A DNA stretch of 56,225 nt from assembly GCA_025603075.1 (NCBI GenBank), contig MU626393.1, forward strand, positions 1-56,225, in the 5' to 3' direction. Source of the stretch: Neoconidiobolus thromboides FSU 785 (taxonomy: Eukaryota; Fungi; Entomophthoromycota). Positions 26,008 to 39,353 of this stretch are shown piece after piece. The notes under the pieces were generated by a model. The model searched no databases and was not told the origin of the DNA. It was given only the letters and a program-made list of their open reading frames with translations. The translations under genes and the position numbers were made by a program. Each line of letters opens with the position of its first letter. The stretch's first letter is position 1.

Positions 26008-26271
26008 GTAATAGAACCATTTAAAGCTAATTGAATTTATTATATAAACTATGGTTAAATTGATTATAAAATTGTAATTAATTTTCTAAATAATTTTCTA
26101 AACAATTTAAATAGCATTATGCTATAATCAACTATAAAGCTGGTGAAGCAATATTTTATAATTTTCAACTTAAAGCACTTATTATTGGTTTATTTAAATA
26201 AATATAATCATTATATTATTGTAATATAAACTTATTATAAATATAAAAGCTTGTGGATATTATCTACTTTG

Positions 26272-26272
<1 letters not shown>

Positions 26273-26313
<41 letters not shown>
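26273..26313. repeat. (TTA)n microsatellite
   Basis: About 13 uninterrupted TTA units. Confidence 0.95.
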
Positions 26314-26470
26314 GTTCATTCCTTTATATAGTTTATTGATAAATATTATATATATATAATATTTTATAGTCATAAATTATAGATCATTCTAATTATATGT
26401 ATTAAAACTTATTAACTATCAGCTTTATCTAGGATTATAATGCTATAAAAAATGATCATTTCTATATAAA

Positions 26471-26573
26471 ATATGGGGATGCATTTTTGTATTTAAGGAT
26501 TTTATTAATAATTTTTCTGTTCAAATAGTGCTTAAAAATGAAATAAGTGATGAGGCCAAAAACATCTCCATAT
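26471..26573 (-). mobile_element. MITE copy (reverse)
   Basis: atat-GGGGATG...TCAAATAGTGCTTAAAA...CATCTCC-atat. Confidence 0.8.
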
Positions 26574-26691
26574 TTCTCAAGCTTGGATACATTTTAGCTA
26601 ACTGTTTATTTTAAAATACAAAGCAAATGAATTAGCTCTAAATTAACATAATAAAATAAATAATTAGTTATAAAATTTATTGTTTATTAGG

Positions 26692-26705
26692 ATATGGGGA
26701 TGGAC
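26692..26705. mobile_element. Isolated MITE terminus
   Basis: ATATGGGGATG with no recognisable body. Confidence 0.35.
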
Positions 26706-27053
26706 TTTTTATACTTTATATTAAAGTGCTATATATAAAAAGCATGCTTTTAATATAATTTTCTATTACAGTTATTAAATGTAAACATGAAAATATTTTA
26801 TAATATTTTTTATATTTAAACTGAAACTTTTGATCAAACTTAGTATCTAATTTAATAGCTCAAAATTAAAGTATAAGAGCTTTTTAAAAATTGTTTATAC
26901 AAGATCAATAAGGTACTTTAAAATATTTTGAAATACAACATAAATATAATGAAATTTTTTAATTTGTTAAATGTCAATTAAATTTATTAAATTAAATGTA
27001 ATTCCATGCAAATTACATTTTAGTATTGGGTTGGTTGTTACAGCTAATGGTCC

Positions 27054-27079
27054 TTGATTGGTTCGATTTCACCAATCAA
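27054..27079. promoter_or_regulatory. Inverted pair of CCAAT boxes upstream of the EDC4-like gene
   Basis: TTGATTGGT-8nt-ACCAATCAA perfect 9-bp inverted repeat, 133 nt before ATG 27212. Confidence 0.5.
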
Positions 27080-27211
27080 AAAGCAGCTGATGCTTTAGTT
27101 TAACCAGCATAAGTAAATTAAAATAAAAGGAAACGTACAATTAACAAATTCAACTTTTTAACTAAGAAAACTTTAAGAAATATAAAAAAAGAAACTTCAA
27201 TAAAGACAAGA

Positions 27212-30200
27212 ATGAATACAAATCGTTCTGATAGTGATATACCCGTTGAAGAAGTAATTGGTAAATTTTTAAATCGAATGGAAGAAGAGAAAGTTGAAAA
27301 AAATAAACAATTAGAAGGAAAAAAGAATCCAAATAGTACATCTTTTTTATCCATTTTTAACCAAAGGAATGATAATAGTTCTAGTCTTAACTTTGTAGAA
27401 GAAAAGATGTTGAATAATGTTAATAACTTGTTTTCAATGTTGGGTGGTAATCAGCAAAAGAATGAAAGTTACAATGCTTTTACAAGTCCCAGTGAAGAAG
27501 GTGGTAATAAATACTCGAATATTAATATTGATGACTTGTTTGATGAAGAGGAAGAAAAGCAAAGGTAACACCTATTGATTTCAAATTAATATAAAAATTG
27601 AAGCTATTTTTTAATATAGAACTGAAGAAGCAAATAAAAAAAGTTTAGACTATCAAAATTTGGAAAAAGTAACACCACAAACTAAAAAAGTGATTGATAT
27701 ACAAAAAAAGAGGGGTGATTCACCCTTTTCTTATGTTAATCCATTTGATGCGGCTTCTTACGAACCATTTTCAGATACTCAATCTCATGGTTCTAATAAT
27801 ACCATTACTGAAAATGATATTAAGGTTAAGACAAATGGTAAGTTTAATTATTTTTTATTTAGTGCCAAAAGTGCTTTATTAATATATAATACAAATTAAT
27901 AGAAATGGATCGAAATAGTTATAAAATAGCACATAAAGATTTATTTTTTGATCATAATAAATTTGATATGACCAATATTAAAGAAATTAATCCAAGTAAA
28001 CACACGATCTTTCGTAATGATGGTGAAATGATACTTCCTAACGGTAATTCTATTTTCACTCGTCTTGGATTAGTTGGCTTTTATTCAAAAGATTCAGGTA
28101 ATATATTACAATATTATAAAATGTTAATATTAATATAAATTATATTGTTAATTATATTATTAACTAGATTCTAAGTTAAGAATATGGAATGAAATCAGTA
28201 CTAAAAAACAAGTAATTGAAGATCATGATGAGAGTATCATTGATATAGCCATATGGAAACCATCAAATGAAACAATTGAAGAAAAGAGAAGTTACTTAAT
28301 GACGTTATCTTCTAACTTTACAGTTAGTATGTATTCCTTTGATAATCAATCAACACAAAAAGGAGAAATTAAATATAATTTATTTTATCGTTTTAAAAAT
28401 TCAACAATGCCATCAAATACTAAATGGTATACTCATATCGCTTGGGATCCTGCTAGTTTAGGTTCTTTTGTATTAGCTTCTAATGAATTAGGGGTTAAAT
28501 TGTTTCAAACCAATTTTAAACATGCATTTAATTATGAAGAAGAACAGGATATTTATTCAAAAGCTTTAGAAGTTAATTGTAATAAGGTAAATCATTTTAA
28601 TATCATTAATAATTATCATTGATAATATATTTTTTATAGCCAATAATGTGTATTAAATTTTCACCCAATGGTAATTTATTAGGCATTGGATTTGAAAATG
28701 GAGTCGTATCTATAATTGGGTTACATAAAGGAGAACAGATATTCAACAAAACAATTCAATTATCCGAAATTCATTCAATCTCATATATAGAATTTGTAGT
28801 TAATAAACAACGAGAAGATATATTAATAGTTGGTATTAATAAAAATACCAATATAATCTTATATAATTTAACACAATCAACAATCGTTCAAACGTTTAAA
28901 TTCAAAATTAATACAAAATTTATTAGCTTTAATTCTTTATGTTATGAACATCAAAATAAATTGTTATTTGTTGGATGTAATATAAGAAGAGTATTATTAT
29001 GCTTTCACTTTAATGAAAGTGTAACAACATTTGATTATGTTACTGAGATTGCTATTCCTGAAGGTTTTATTGAAATTTGTGTTGCAAAAGATAGCTTAAA
29101 TTCTCATTTAAAGGAGGATAAAAGTTTTATTCTAACTTATATTTTACAACAAAAAGCATTTACTAGATATGCTATTGGATTAAATAATTTAATTATTCAA
29201 GATGTTGCTTCATTAAATGATATTCCAGATAAATGTATTTTAATTCCGAGACAAGGTAATTTAATAGAATATTAGGTTTTATAAAACTAATATGTAATAA
29301 TAATTTTAAATAGAAGTTAATGATGATAAAAATAATCCACCCTCCCTTTTAGACACTTTTAATAAAACTAAAAATTCGCCAAATAATTCTAAAAATACTC
29401 GAACACCTTCAATCAAAAGTAATTTAGGTTCAATGAAATCGCCTGAAAATTTGAAATTTAAAGGTAATAATAATTAATAACAATGGTTTAAATATACTAA
29501 TTAATTTTTAATATTATAAGGCAATCAAGATGAAATTAATGAAAGTACCATGAATAAACCAGACAGAAGAATTAAATCGCATAGCAATTCTTTAGATTTA
29601 ACTAAAGAAAACAATAGTCGTGAAAATAAAGAGAAAGCAATAGATACTCCAAATTATTTAGATTTATTTACTCAACCTTCTGGATCTTCAGAACCAAAAA
29701 GAAGTGGTAATTTCTATTTTATTGTTTTATTAAATATTGTTATATTAACGTTTGTGTTTTGTTTTAGTTTCAAATTCTACTTTATTAAAACAACAATCCT
29801 CAGATAAAGAAAATAATCCGATTAAAAATTTTAATGTTAATTCATTAGCAAACAAATTAGATGGCGAAGCATTGGGTGAATTAGTACAAAATTTTACAAA
29901 TGAAGTGGGACATTTAGGTAAATAATTCAATAATTATAAATATACATATAACTAATTTTGTATTTTAAATAAATTATAGTCAGAAAAGGAGTATCCACTA
30001 CATTAAGTCATACAACTAGAGGTTTGGAAGGGCCAACTAAAATTGTAGAAAACCTTGAAAAAGAAGTTAAATTATTACCCGATTCTATAACTAGTAAAGT
30101 ACAAACGAAAGTAACCCAATCTATTCAATTAGCTTTAAGAGATAATTTACCAAAATTATTACATCAAGAAATTGGTAATTCAGCTAAAAATGTATTTTCA

Positions 30201-31622
30201 AGTCATGTAAGAAAACAATAACATTAATTTTATTATTATTATTATTATTATACTAATCTAATTTTTATAGGAATTTCAAGAATATTTTAATAATTTAATT
30301 AAACAACATTTATATGATGCCTTAGATTCTACCGATTTTGTACAAACTATATCAGAATCTATTACTAATCAAGTCCAACATGTGATTATTGAATCCTTTC
30401 GTAGTAATTTTGAAACTATATTAATACCAGCTTATCAAAAAGCAACCAATGCTATGTTCGAACAAATGCAAAATTCCTTTTTTAAACAAATTAAAAGTAG
30501 TAAGTTATTAATATTAATCTTATAAATAATAAATATATGACATATGCAACATAATTAATTAATCAATTAACATTTTAGTTCAAAAAGAGCAAGAAGAAAT
30601 GCTTAAACGTATACAACAAATGAATCAATTTACTCAATTGCCACAGGTACCACCACCAGTTCCATTTAATCCTTATCTGATGAACCCTCCATTGAGATAT
30701 GATCCTAATTTACCTCCACCTAATTTACCACCAAGTGCTTTATTTAGACCCGATTTAAATAATTCCCCATCTCATTTAATTAATGCTTTAAACAATAATT
30801 TAAGTTTTAATAATAGTCCAGTAGGAAATAATAATATTAATAATGGAGGATTTAATAAGAATAAAAATAACTTTAGTCCTAATAATAGAAACAACAATAA
30901 CAATGATAATGATAATGGTGATAATAATATTAGCAATCTAAACATTAATAATACAAATAATGATAGTAATAAGGTAATAATATTAATATTGCATTTTTAA
31001 ATTGGTATTAATTTTAATTTATAGTTTATTAATGAGAATCAACTAAACAAGAAGGTAAATATTGAAGAACAAAAAACACTAGTCGAATCAAATAATACAT
31101 TTAAAGAATTAAGTGGGGATAAAGAAATATTTGATGATGTAATTATTTTCTAAGAAATAATTGTATAGCTTTAAACTAATATTTTTATTTTTACTTTTTA
31201 TTCTAGGCTATTACAACTAATGATATTAAATCAGTATTGATTATGTTTAATGAATATGGAGTAAAACAAATATTTGATAAATGTGAATTTAATCAAAAAA
31301 CATTATTATTATTATCTAAATTAATGACTAAACAAATTCAACAAAGTACATCAATTAAATTAAAAGTAATTGAACAATGTTTAAATTTAATTGATCCAAA
31401 AGTAAGTTTTTAATTATTTTATATTATGATTTGTTTTAAGTATTAATTTATTTTTTATAATAGAATCCAGATATCATTCATCATGTAGGAAGATTCTTAT
31501 CTAATGTATTAAAAAATTTGATTGAATATTCAGCAACATTAAAAGGTAGTAATAACGAATTAAATGATCAATTAAATCATTGTATTCAATCATGTAATCA
31601 AATTATCATTAATTGTGAATGA
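27212..31622 (+). CDS. EDC4: EDC4/Ge-1/Pdc1-like decapping scaffold (WD40 + helical C-terminus), many exons
   Basis: WD-like segments (HIAWDP..GSFVLAS; CIKFSPNGNLLGIGFENGVVSI; FDYVTEI); helical FRSNFETILIPAYQKATNAMFEQMQ typical of EDC4/VARICOSE; Pro/Asn-rich insert; Ge-1-like C-terminal FNQKTLLLLSKL. Confidence 0.65.
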
Positions 31623-31724
31623 AATAAAATGAAATAAAATTTAAAAAATCAATCAACTTTATTTTTTATAGATTTGATATTATGGATTTTACATGATGAG
31701 TTATGACAAATAGGGCGGCAGGGG

Positions 31725-33286
31725 TTAATAGCTAGTTTTTTGTTAGTGAATTATAATTAGTTAAATTGAAATAACTTACTTGAGTATTTTTATTATTTTT
31801 ATTTAGTAAATCTTCAATCGTTTCTTTTTCTGTTGTTAAATTACTATTACAAATTAATTTTAACAAGTTAATTAATATCCTAAATATTATTATTATTATT
31901 TTAATAATGATAATAATATTTAATCCTACTTATGATATTTGAAATTTAACATCAAATAATTATTATTATCATTTTCCAAATGATTCCCAGTAATTATAGA
32001 TTCATTGCAATTATTAAAAAATAATTCCACTAATTTAGATTGATTTTGTAATAATAGATCTAAATTAGATACAATTTGAAATATCTGATTTTTAAGTTTA
32101 TCTATGAAAACAATAAAAAATGAGCTATTAATTCTAATAAAACTATACAGAATATCCCATCATCACTTACCTTTTGCTTCTATAGAAAAATAATCATGAT
32201 TTCTAATCCTCTTTTGTTCTCGTTGAAGTTGCAATTTTAACTATTTATAAATAGAATTACTATTAATGCAATTAACTATAGAACACTTAGAACTTACTTT
32301 ATAAACCTGGACTTCTAAATCATTAATTTGTTTTAATGAATCATCTACCATTATTTTTTCTTGATTTTCTTTTTTATCACATATCTATCAAATAAATTTG
32401 ATTAATTATTACTTACAGCTCTTGATTAATAATAATAATAAAATCCTACCTTAATATCCATTTGTTTTGCTAATTTCAATATACTATCAAGTTGCTGAGA
32501 ACAAGTGTCAAGCTTTATTGTACTATTTGATAAAGTATTCTTATTAATTGCTACACTATTTATTGTACTAGTTTTATCATTTGTGATATTATTTATTATA
32601 CTAGTTATTGAATTACTCTTATTATTTAAACCAACTTTTATTGAACTATTATTCCTACTATTTGTCCCACTACTAGTTGAACTATTTCCGATATTATTAA
32701 CTTGACCTCTTTTTAGTTGGAATCGATTTTCCCTCGCTATACTATTATTGCTAGTAATTGTTTTAATAACGCTTGTTCTATTGATACTGTTTGTACTTAT
32801 TCTATTGGAATGGATATTACTTATTCTATTAGTACTTATACTACTTATTCTGTTAAAGGTACTAATATTAGTTCCATTGTTGTTCTCATTAAAACTAACA
32901 GTCTTAGCACTATTAATTTTACTAATATCACCAATTTCATTTTTATTACCATTATCATACTTTTTATTGTTGATTTTATTAATTTTATTAATCTTATTAT
33001 CATCATTATCATTACACTTATCTCCATTTCTATTTCCCTTATCGTTTATTTTCTCTACATTACTAACAATGTTACTCTTTCCTCCTAATAATTTCAATTT
33101 CTCTTCTAATGCATTATTACTCTTTGTAATCCTTTCTAACCTTAATCTCTTAAATCGTTCAATCCTTTCTTTAGCACTTAATTTAGTTGTTGAATCTAAT
33201 ATTTTTGGTACTGGTTTTTCAGTAGTACCATTAGTATCAAATCGATGGGTCGGAATACCTGGTTTACTATTGTTGGAATTGTTCAT
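31725..33286 (-). CDS. Hypothetical Asn-rich protein with helical/coiled-coil segments
   Basis: Long first exon (ORF 32426..33310; first ATG 33286) followed by four more exons that join in frame over GT-AG introns (ICDKKENQEK...; LKLQLQREQKRIRN...; stop 31725). No family recognised. Confidence 0.6.
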
Positions 33287-33861
33287 ATTGAAAAATAAAA
33301 AAGATGACAAAATGGGAATAACTATTTTTTGAAATTAACTGAATTAAATTTTGATGGTTGAAATTTTGAAATCAATGTTTTCAATACTAATTAAAAAATC
33401 AATACTTAATCCAGCTGCTTTTAAAACTGAGCCTTTTGTACTACTTTGACAAATTCAACTTATCAAACTTTTTAATTGTTCTTTTTGAATTAATCTCAAT
33501 TTTTCTACATTTCATAATTTTAGTGTTAATTCAGATACAACTATAATTCAGTCTTAAATTTGACTGGATTCAAATATGAATTATTTAGGGCTTAAAGATT
33601 GCAAAAGATTAGCATAAACTCGATTTTTTGCAAAATACTTAAAAAAATGGTCATTTTATCCTTTCAACTTAAGCTTTGATTGGCTCTCAATAATTGAAAA
33701 TTTTTCTTTCCCCTACCTAAATGAAAAAAATGATACTGAAAAATTAGAAAATTTATCAATTCTTAATTTTGAAATCCCTTCTCTTTGCTAAATTTCATCC
33801 AAGTAAATATTCATTATTTATATTCCTTCACTTTGGCTTATCTAGTTGACTTTTTTTAAGG

Positions 33862-34542
33862 ATGCAAATTTCGATCCAAACTCTTACCGGAAAGAGTTTT
33901 GCTGTTGAAGCAAACTCAAATGCTACCGTTGCCCAACTTAAAGCTCAAGTTGAAGCTTGTTCTGGAATTCCAAGTGAGCAACAAAGCCTCCTTTTTGCTC
34001 AAAAATCTTTAGATGATGAACTTACCTTAGCTCATTACAATATCTCTACTGAATCCACCCTTCATATGGTTATTGACCTTCTTGGTGGTGGTAAGAAGAG
34101 AAAGAAGAAGAAGTAAGTGAAAAGTTATTGCTTTTTTTTACTTCACGCTTTTTTCTAGGACATCTCACCCCACTTTAATAAGTGTCCTATAATTAAATTA
34201 GTGTCGAAGATTTATTTAAACTAGGTCAAGTGAAAAAAGATACTAATCAAAAATCATTTTATTTTAGTTATACTACCCCAAAGAAAATTAAGCACAAGAA
34301 GAAGAAGGTCAAGCTTCCTGTATTAAAGTTCTATAAAGTTGATGCTGATGGTAAAATTACCCGTCTTCGTCGTGAATGTCCAAACACTGATTGTGGTGCT
34401 GGTAATTATTATTATTAGTTATTTTTTGTAGTTAGATTTAATTTAATTATTAGGTGTCTTCATGGCATGGCACAAGGATCGTCAATATTGTGGTCGTTGT
34501 GGACTCACTTATGTTTTCAACAAAGAAGGAGAACAAGCTTAA
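33862..34542 (+). CDS. RPS31: 40S ribosomal protein eS31/S27a fused to a divergent ubiquitin-like domain
   Basis: ...[14 protein letters not shown]|[17 protein letters not shown]...[14 protein letters not shown]|[19 protein letters not shown]; C4 zinc finger intact; introns 34113-34267 and ~34402-34453. Confidence 0.96.
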
Positions 34543-34648
34543 ATATTAATTATTAAATAAAAAAATCAATATTTATATATCTCTATTTTATGTTTATTTT
34601 ATATAATAATATTAAGTATATTTATATTGTTTTATTTTATATAATAAA

Positions 34649-36125
<1,477 letters not shown>

Positions 36126-37074
36126 TTTGGATAGTTTTATATTCTATTTGATAATTGTAGATTAAAGATTCTCTTTAATTATATTACTAATTTTATGATT
36201 TTATATTTTTTGTTTATCAAACATAATTTTAGTGTATAAATAGATAAGCCAATTAAAAGTAAGCTAATAATCCTCTAATTTAGTTGGATGTTTTAAAAGC
36301 AATTTGGATTTAATATCAATAATATTAAATCTAAGTCAATTTTAACACATTACTATTACTACAAGCTTTAAGATTCAAACTCAATATTAATGCTATGACA
36401 TACATTTATAAAATACAAAATATAATACTTGAAAAGTTTTAACAAAAAAGAAAAAAAAAGTACTTTCAAATTCAATGTTTAGTTTATTTTTCTTGTTATA
36501 TCATTATAAGATTCAACAAATTAAAGATACTTAAAGGTTTTTAATGTATTAGTAAACAACTATAAATTTACTTGAGTATTTTTAAAATTAGTTCAACTAA
36601 ATGCCGATGTAAGTAACAAACTCACCATTGATATCAATAGTACCAGTCCTTACCTCCCTTCCATTTCTTGGTACTTTACCTGGGATTTTATTGCAATTCT
36701 ATCATTATAGATAGCGGTTTTTATAAAATTCATTCAAAGATTTATATTTCATAAACTCATCGAAAATATTGTTTAAAGTTTTAATAAGTGTATCAAGTAC
36801 CGATGCTAATTTCAAGCCAATAAGGTAATCTTTTGTATATATGAAGAGTTTTTATATATTTTAATCTATGGTAACACTTCTTTAAAATGTTGATAATCAT
36901 CGCATTCCGAGCTCATATGCCATAAATTATTATTTTTACTAAACAAGTTATCACAGATGGTACTAGATAGGAGGTAATTTTCTTATTTGGCGAGTATCGC
37001 CACAGTTAAACCGTTTAATAATTATTGTGTATAGTTTTTCAATTTCATCAATAGATAAACTATTAAATGTATTA

Positions 37075-37179
37075 AGTTCATAATGTACATTTTTGACTTC
37101 ATTATTTTTCCATTTTTTAAGCGCTATTTGAGCGGAAAATTTGTTAGTGAAATTCAAAAATGAAAATACATTCCCATAT
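37075..37179 (+). mobile_element. MITE copy, left end decayed
   Basis: core TTTAAGCGCTATTTGAGCGGAAAA; right end CATTCCC-atat. Confidence 0.75.
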
Positions 37180-37529
37180 ACTGAAAAAAACACTCGTACC
37201 TTTATATATCACCCCATATATATACCGTATGAATGTTTTATAACTTCACTTTTAGATCTCAATAAATTACATTCGTCTTCTCCCCTATATTTCTTAAATA
37301 ATAACAATTCGTTAGGATCAAGCTTTAAACAAGGAAGGGTTATAGCTTTTTTATTGGATTTCTTCAAAGAGTTGATTTAAAATAATATCTATAAACATTT
37401 TTTATAGATATCATACCTTTTATGGCAATTTCCAAGAAAAAATCGAATGACCAATTAAAACCTTTGATTTCCAATATTCAAAGAACTAAATATTAAAATA
37501 GTTTATTTTATGAAAGACCTAGCATTAAG

Positions 37530-37575
37530 CCCAAAACCTAACCTAATCCCAAACCTAACTTTAACACTAATACCA
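37530..37575. repeat. Degenerate (CCCTAA)-like hexamer run
   Basis: CCCAAAACCTAACCTAATCCCAAACCTAACTTTAACACTAATACC with ~6-nt period. Confidence 0.4.
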
Positions 37576-37610
37576 GTTTTTCTTGAAACAATACCTTTTT
37601 GAAAATGTAA

Positions 37611-37716
37611 AGATGGGGATATTCCTTTTGGTTTCATTATTTTTCCATTTTTTAAGCACTATTTGAGTGGAAAGGTTGTTGGTAAAATTCTTAAACAAAA
37701 AAATACATCCCCAGAT
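37611..37716 (+). mobile_element. MITE copy with AGAT direct repeat
   Basis: agat-GGGGAT...CATCCCC-agat. Confidence 0.88.
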
Positions 37717-37759
37717 AATCTATATGGAAAATCGAATTCATAATATTAATATTGATTAT

Positions 37760-37864
37760 ATATGGGAGGTATTTTTATTTTATTTTATCGCTTTTTCTAT
37801 TTTTTAAGTGCTGTTTGAGTGGAAAAAATGTTAGTAAAATCCTTAACAAAATACATCCTCATAT
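37760..37864 (+). mobile_element. MITE copy
   Basis: atat-GGGAGGT...CATCCTC-atat. Confidence 0.82.
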
Positions 37865-37875
37865 ATTCATAATAA

Positions 37876-37980
37876 ATATGGGGATATGTTTTTTTGTTTA
37901 AGAATTTTACTACAATTTTTCCGCCCAAATAGCGCTCAAAAAATGGAAAAATAATGAAACCAAAAAAAACAGTCCCATAT
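37876..37980 (-). mobile_element. MITE copy (reverse)
   Basis: atat-GGGGATATG...CCAAATAGCGCTCAAAA...GTCCC-atat-gcta. Confidence 0.85.
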
Positions 37981-38686
37981 GCTAATCGGGGTTGATCAAG
38001 AATTAACTTAATCTTTAAATTATAGCTTATAAACTTAATCTCAGAATATTGAAAATAAAGTTTTTGATTAGCCACTTGACTTTTTTTCTTAGAAAATTAC
38101 CATAAAAGGTATGATGTCTATAAAAAAATGCTTTATAAGATAGATGTCTTTTGCCTTTAGAATGACCCCATTTATTAAAATAAAATGGATTAAATAAAGC
38201 AAAATTTAAGTTGGTTTAAAATATGAAAGTGGACATTAATTTAGTGATTGAAGTAACTAATATAACAGTTTTAAAATAAACTTGATTCATAATAATTTTA
38301 TAATTTTAATTAAAAGTGTTTCTACTCAAATTTGATTAAAGTAAACAAATAATAATGTAAGTTTAACATTAAACACCCGAGCTATATAATCTAAGATTCT
38401 ATTGATAAGAATAATCATTTTAATTTTCAATTCTAAAATAATCAAACTTTTATTTCAATGTGATTTGAAATATCAAACAAAAAATTGAGAAAATGGCTTA
38501 AAATTAGTCAAATAAAAGAGTTTTGAAGTCACTCAAAATACTATTCAAGGACATGAAACGTTTTAAAAAATAATATATTAAATATTTTAGTATAAAAGAG
38601 AATAATAAAAATATTCTAAACTTTTAAATTTTTTGTTTTATTTAAATTTCCGATACTTCTTCTTCAAGAAATCAACTGTTATAATT

Positions 38687-38890
38687 ATGAAATTATCTTT
38701 TCTATCTTTTTTTTCTTTATTAATAATTACTGTCCAAAGTTTACCTATTGGAAAACTAACAACTGCTTCTTCCAAAAGGCTACCAAAGATATCCACTGAA
38801 AAAGGTACCTTTGAAGTTAATAAAAACAATATGCTTCATAAACTCCAAGTCGAAAATTTACCAGCTAAAAATGATTTAGCTTATATTTAA
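38687..38890 (+). CDS. Small predicted secreted protein (67 aa)
   Basis: MKLSFLSFFSLLIITVQS-LP signal-peptide pattern; dibasic SSKR; single exon. Confidence 0.55.
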   Translation: MKLSFLSFFSLLIITVQSLPIGKLTTASSKRLPKISTEKGTFEVNKNNMLHKLQVENLPAKNDLAYI

Positions 38891-39148
38891 GGATATTATT
38901 TTAACTCTTGCTTATAGATAAGGATATGAATATGAATATCTTTTTCTTTCTTTTTCTTTTATATATTTGATATTTTTAAATAATTTTTATAAATTACTAT
39001 TTTCTGGATAAGTTATTATGGTGGGTTGATTTTGTAATAAATAGTTAATTTTTTTATTAATTATTTTATCCTTATTTTTTGTTATTTTGATTATTATTTG
39101 CAAATAAAATATCAATAATCCTTTAAGTATAAAGCTAAATTAAAAACA

Positions 39149-39254
39149 ATATGGGGATGTATTTTTTCATTTAAGAGTTTTACCAGTAATCTTTTGCTCG
39201 AATAGCGCTTAAAAAATGGAAAAAATGATGAAATCAAAAAGAACATCCCTATAT
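39149..39254 (-). mobile_element. MITE copy (reverse), 100 nt past the SEC1 stop
   Basis: atat-GGGGATG...CATCCCT-atat. Confidence 0.85.
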
Positions 39255-39353
39255 ATTGAATTCGAAATAGCAATCAAGTTTTATAAAAACATTACTTGAC
39301 TTCAACCTTAAATTTTAAAAAAGTTTTATAACTAACTTTATACATTTATTGTC

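Noticed and set aside
32416-32419. Apparent 4-nt microexon AGCT between AG and GTAAGT
   Set aside because: It would need a 29-nt upstream intron and would break the frame; a single ~62-nt intron keeps it.
32505-33332. Long hydrophobic plus-strand ORFs (e.g. 194 aa Leu/Ile-rich)
   Set aside because: Antisense shadows of the Asn-rich minus-strand exon; AAT/AAC codons read as ATT/GTT. ORFs 42259..42501 and 42619..42837 opposite SCD6 have the same origin.
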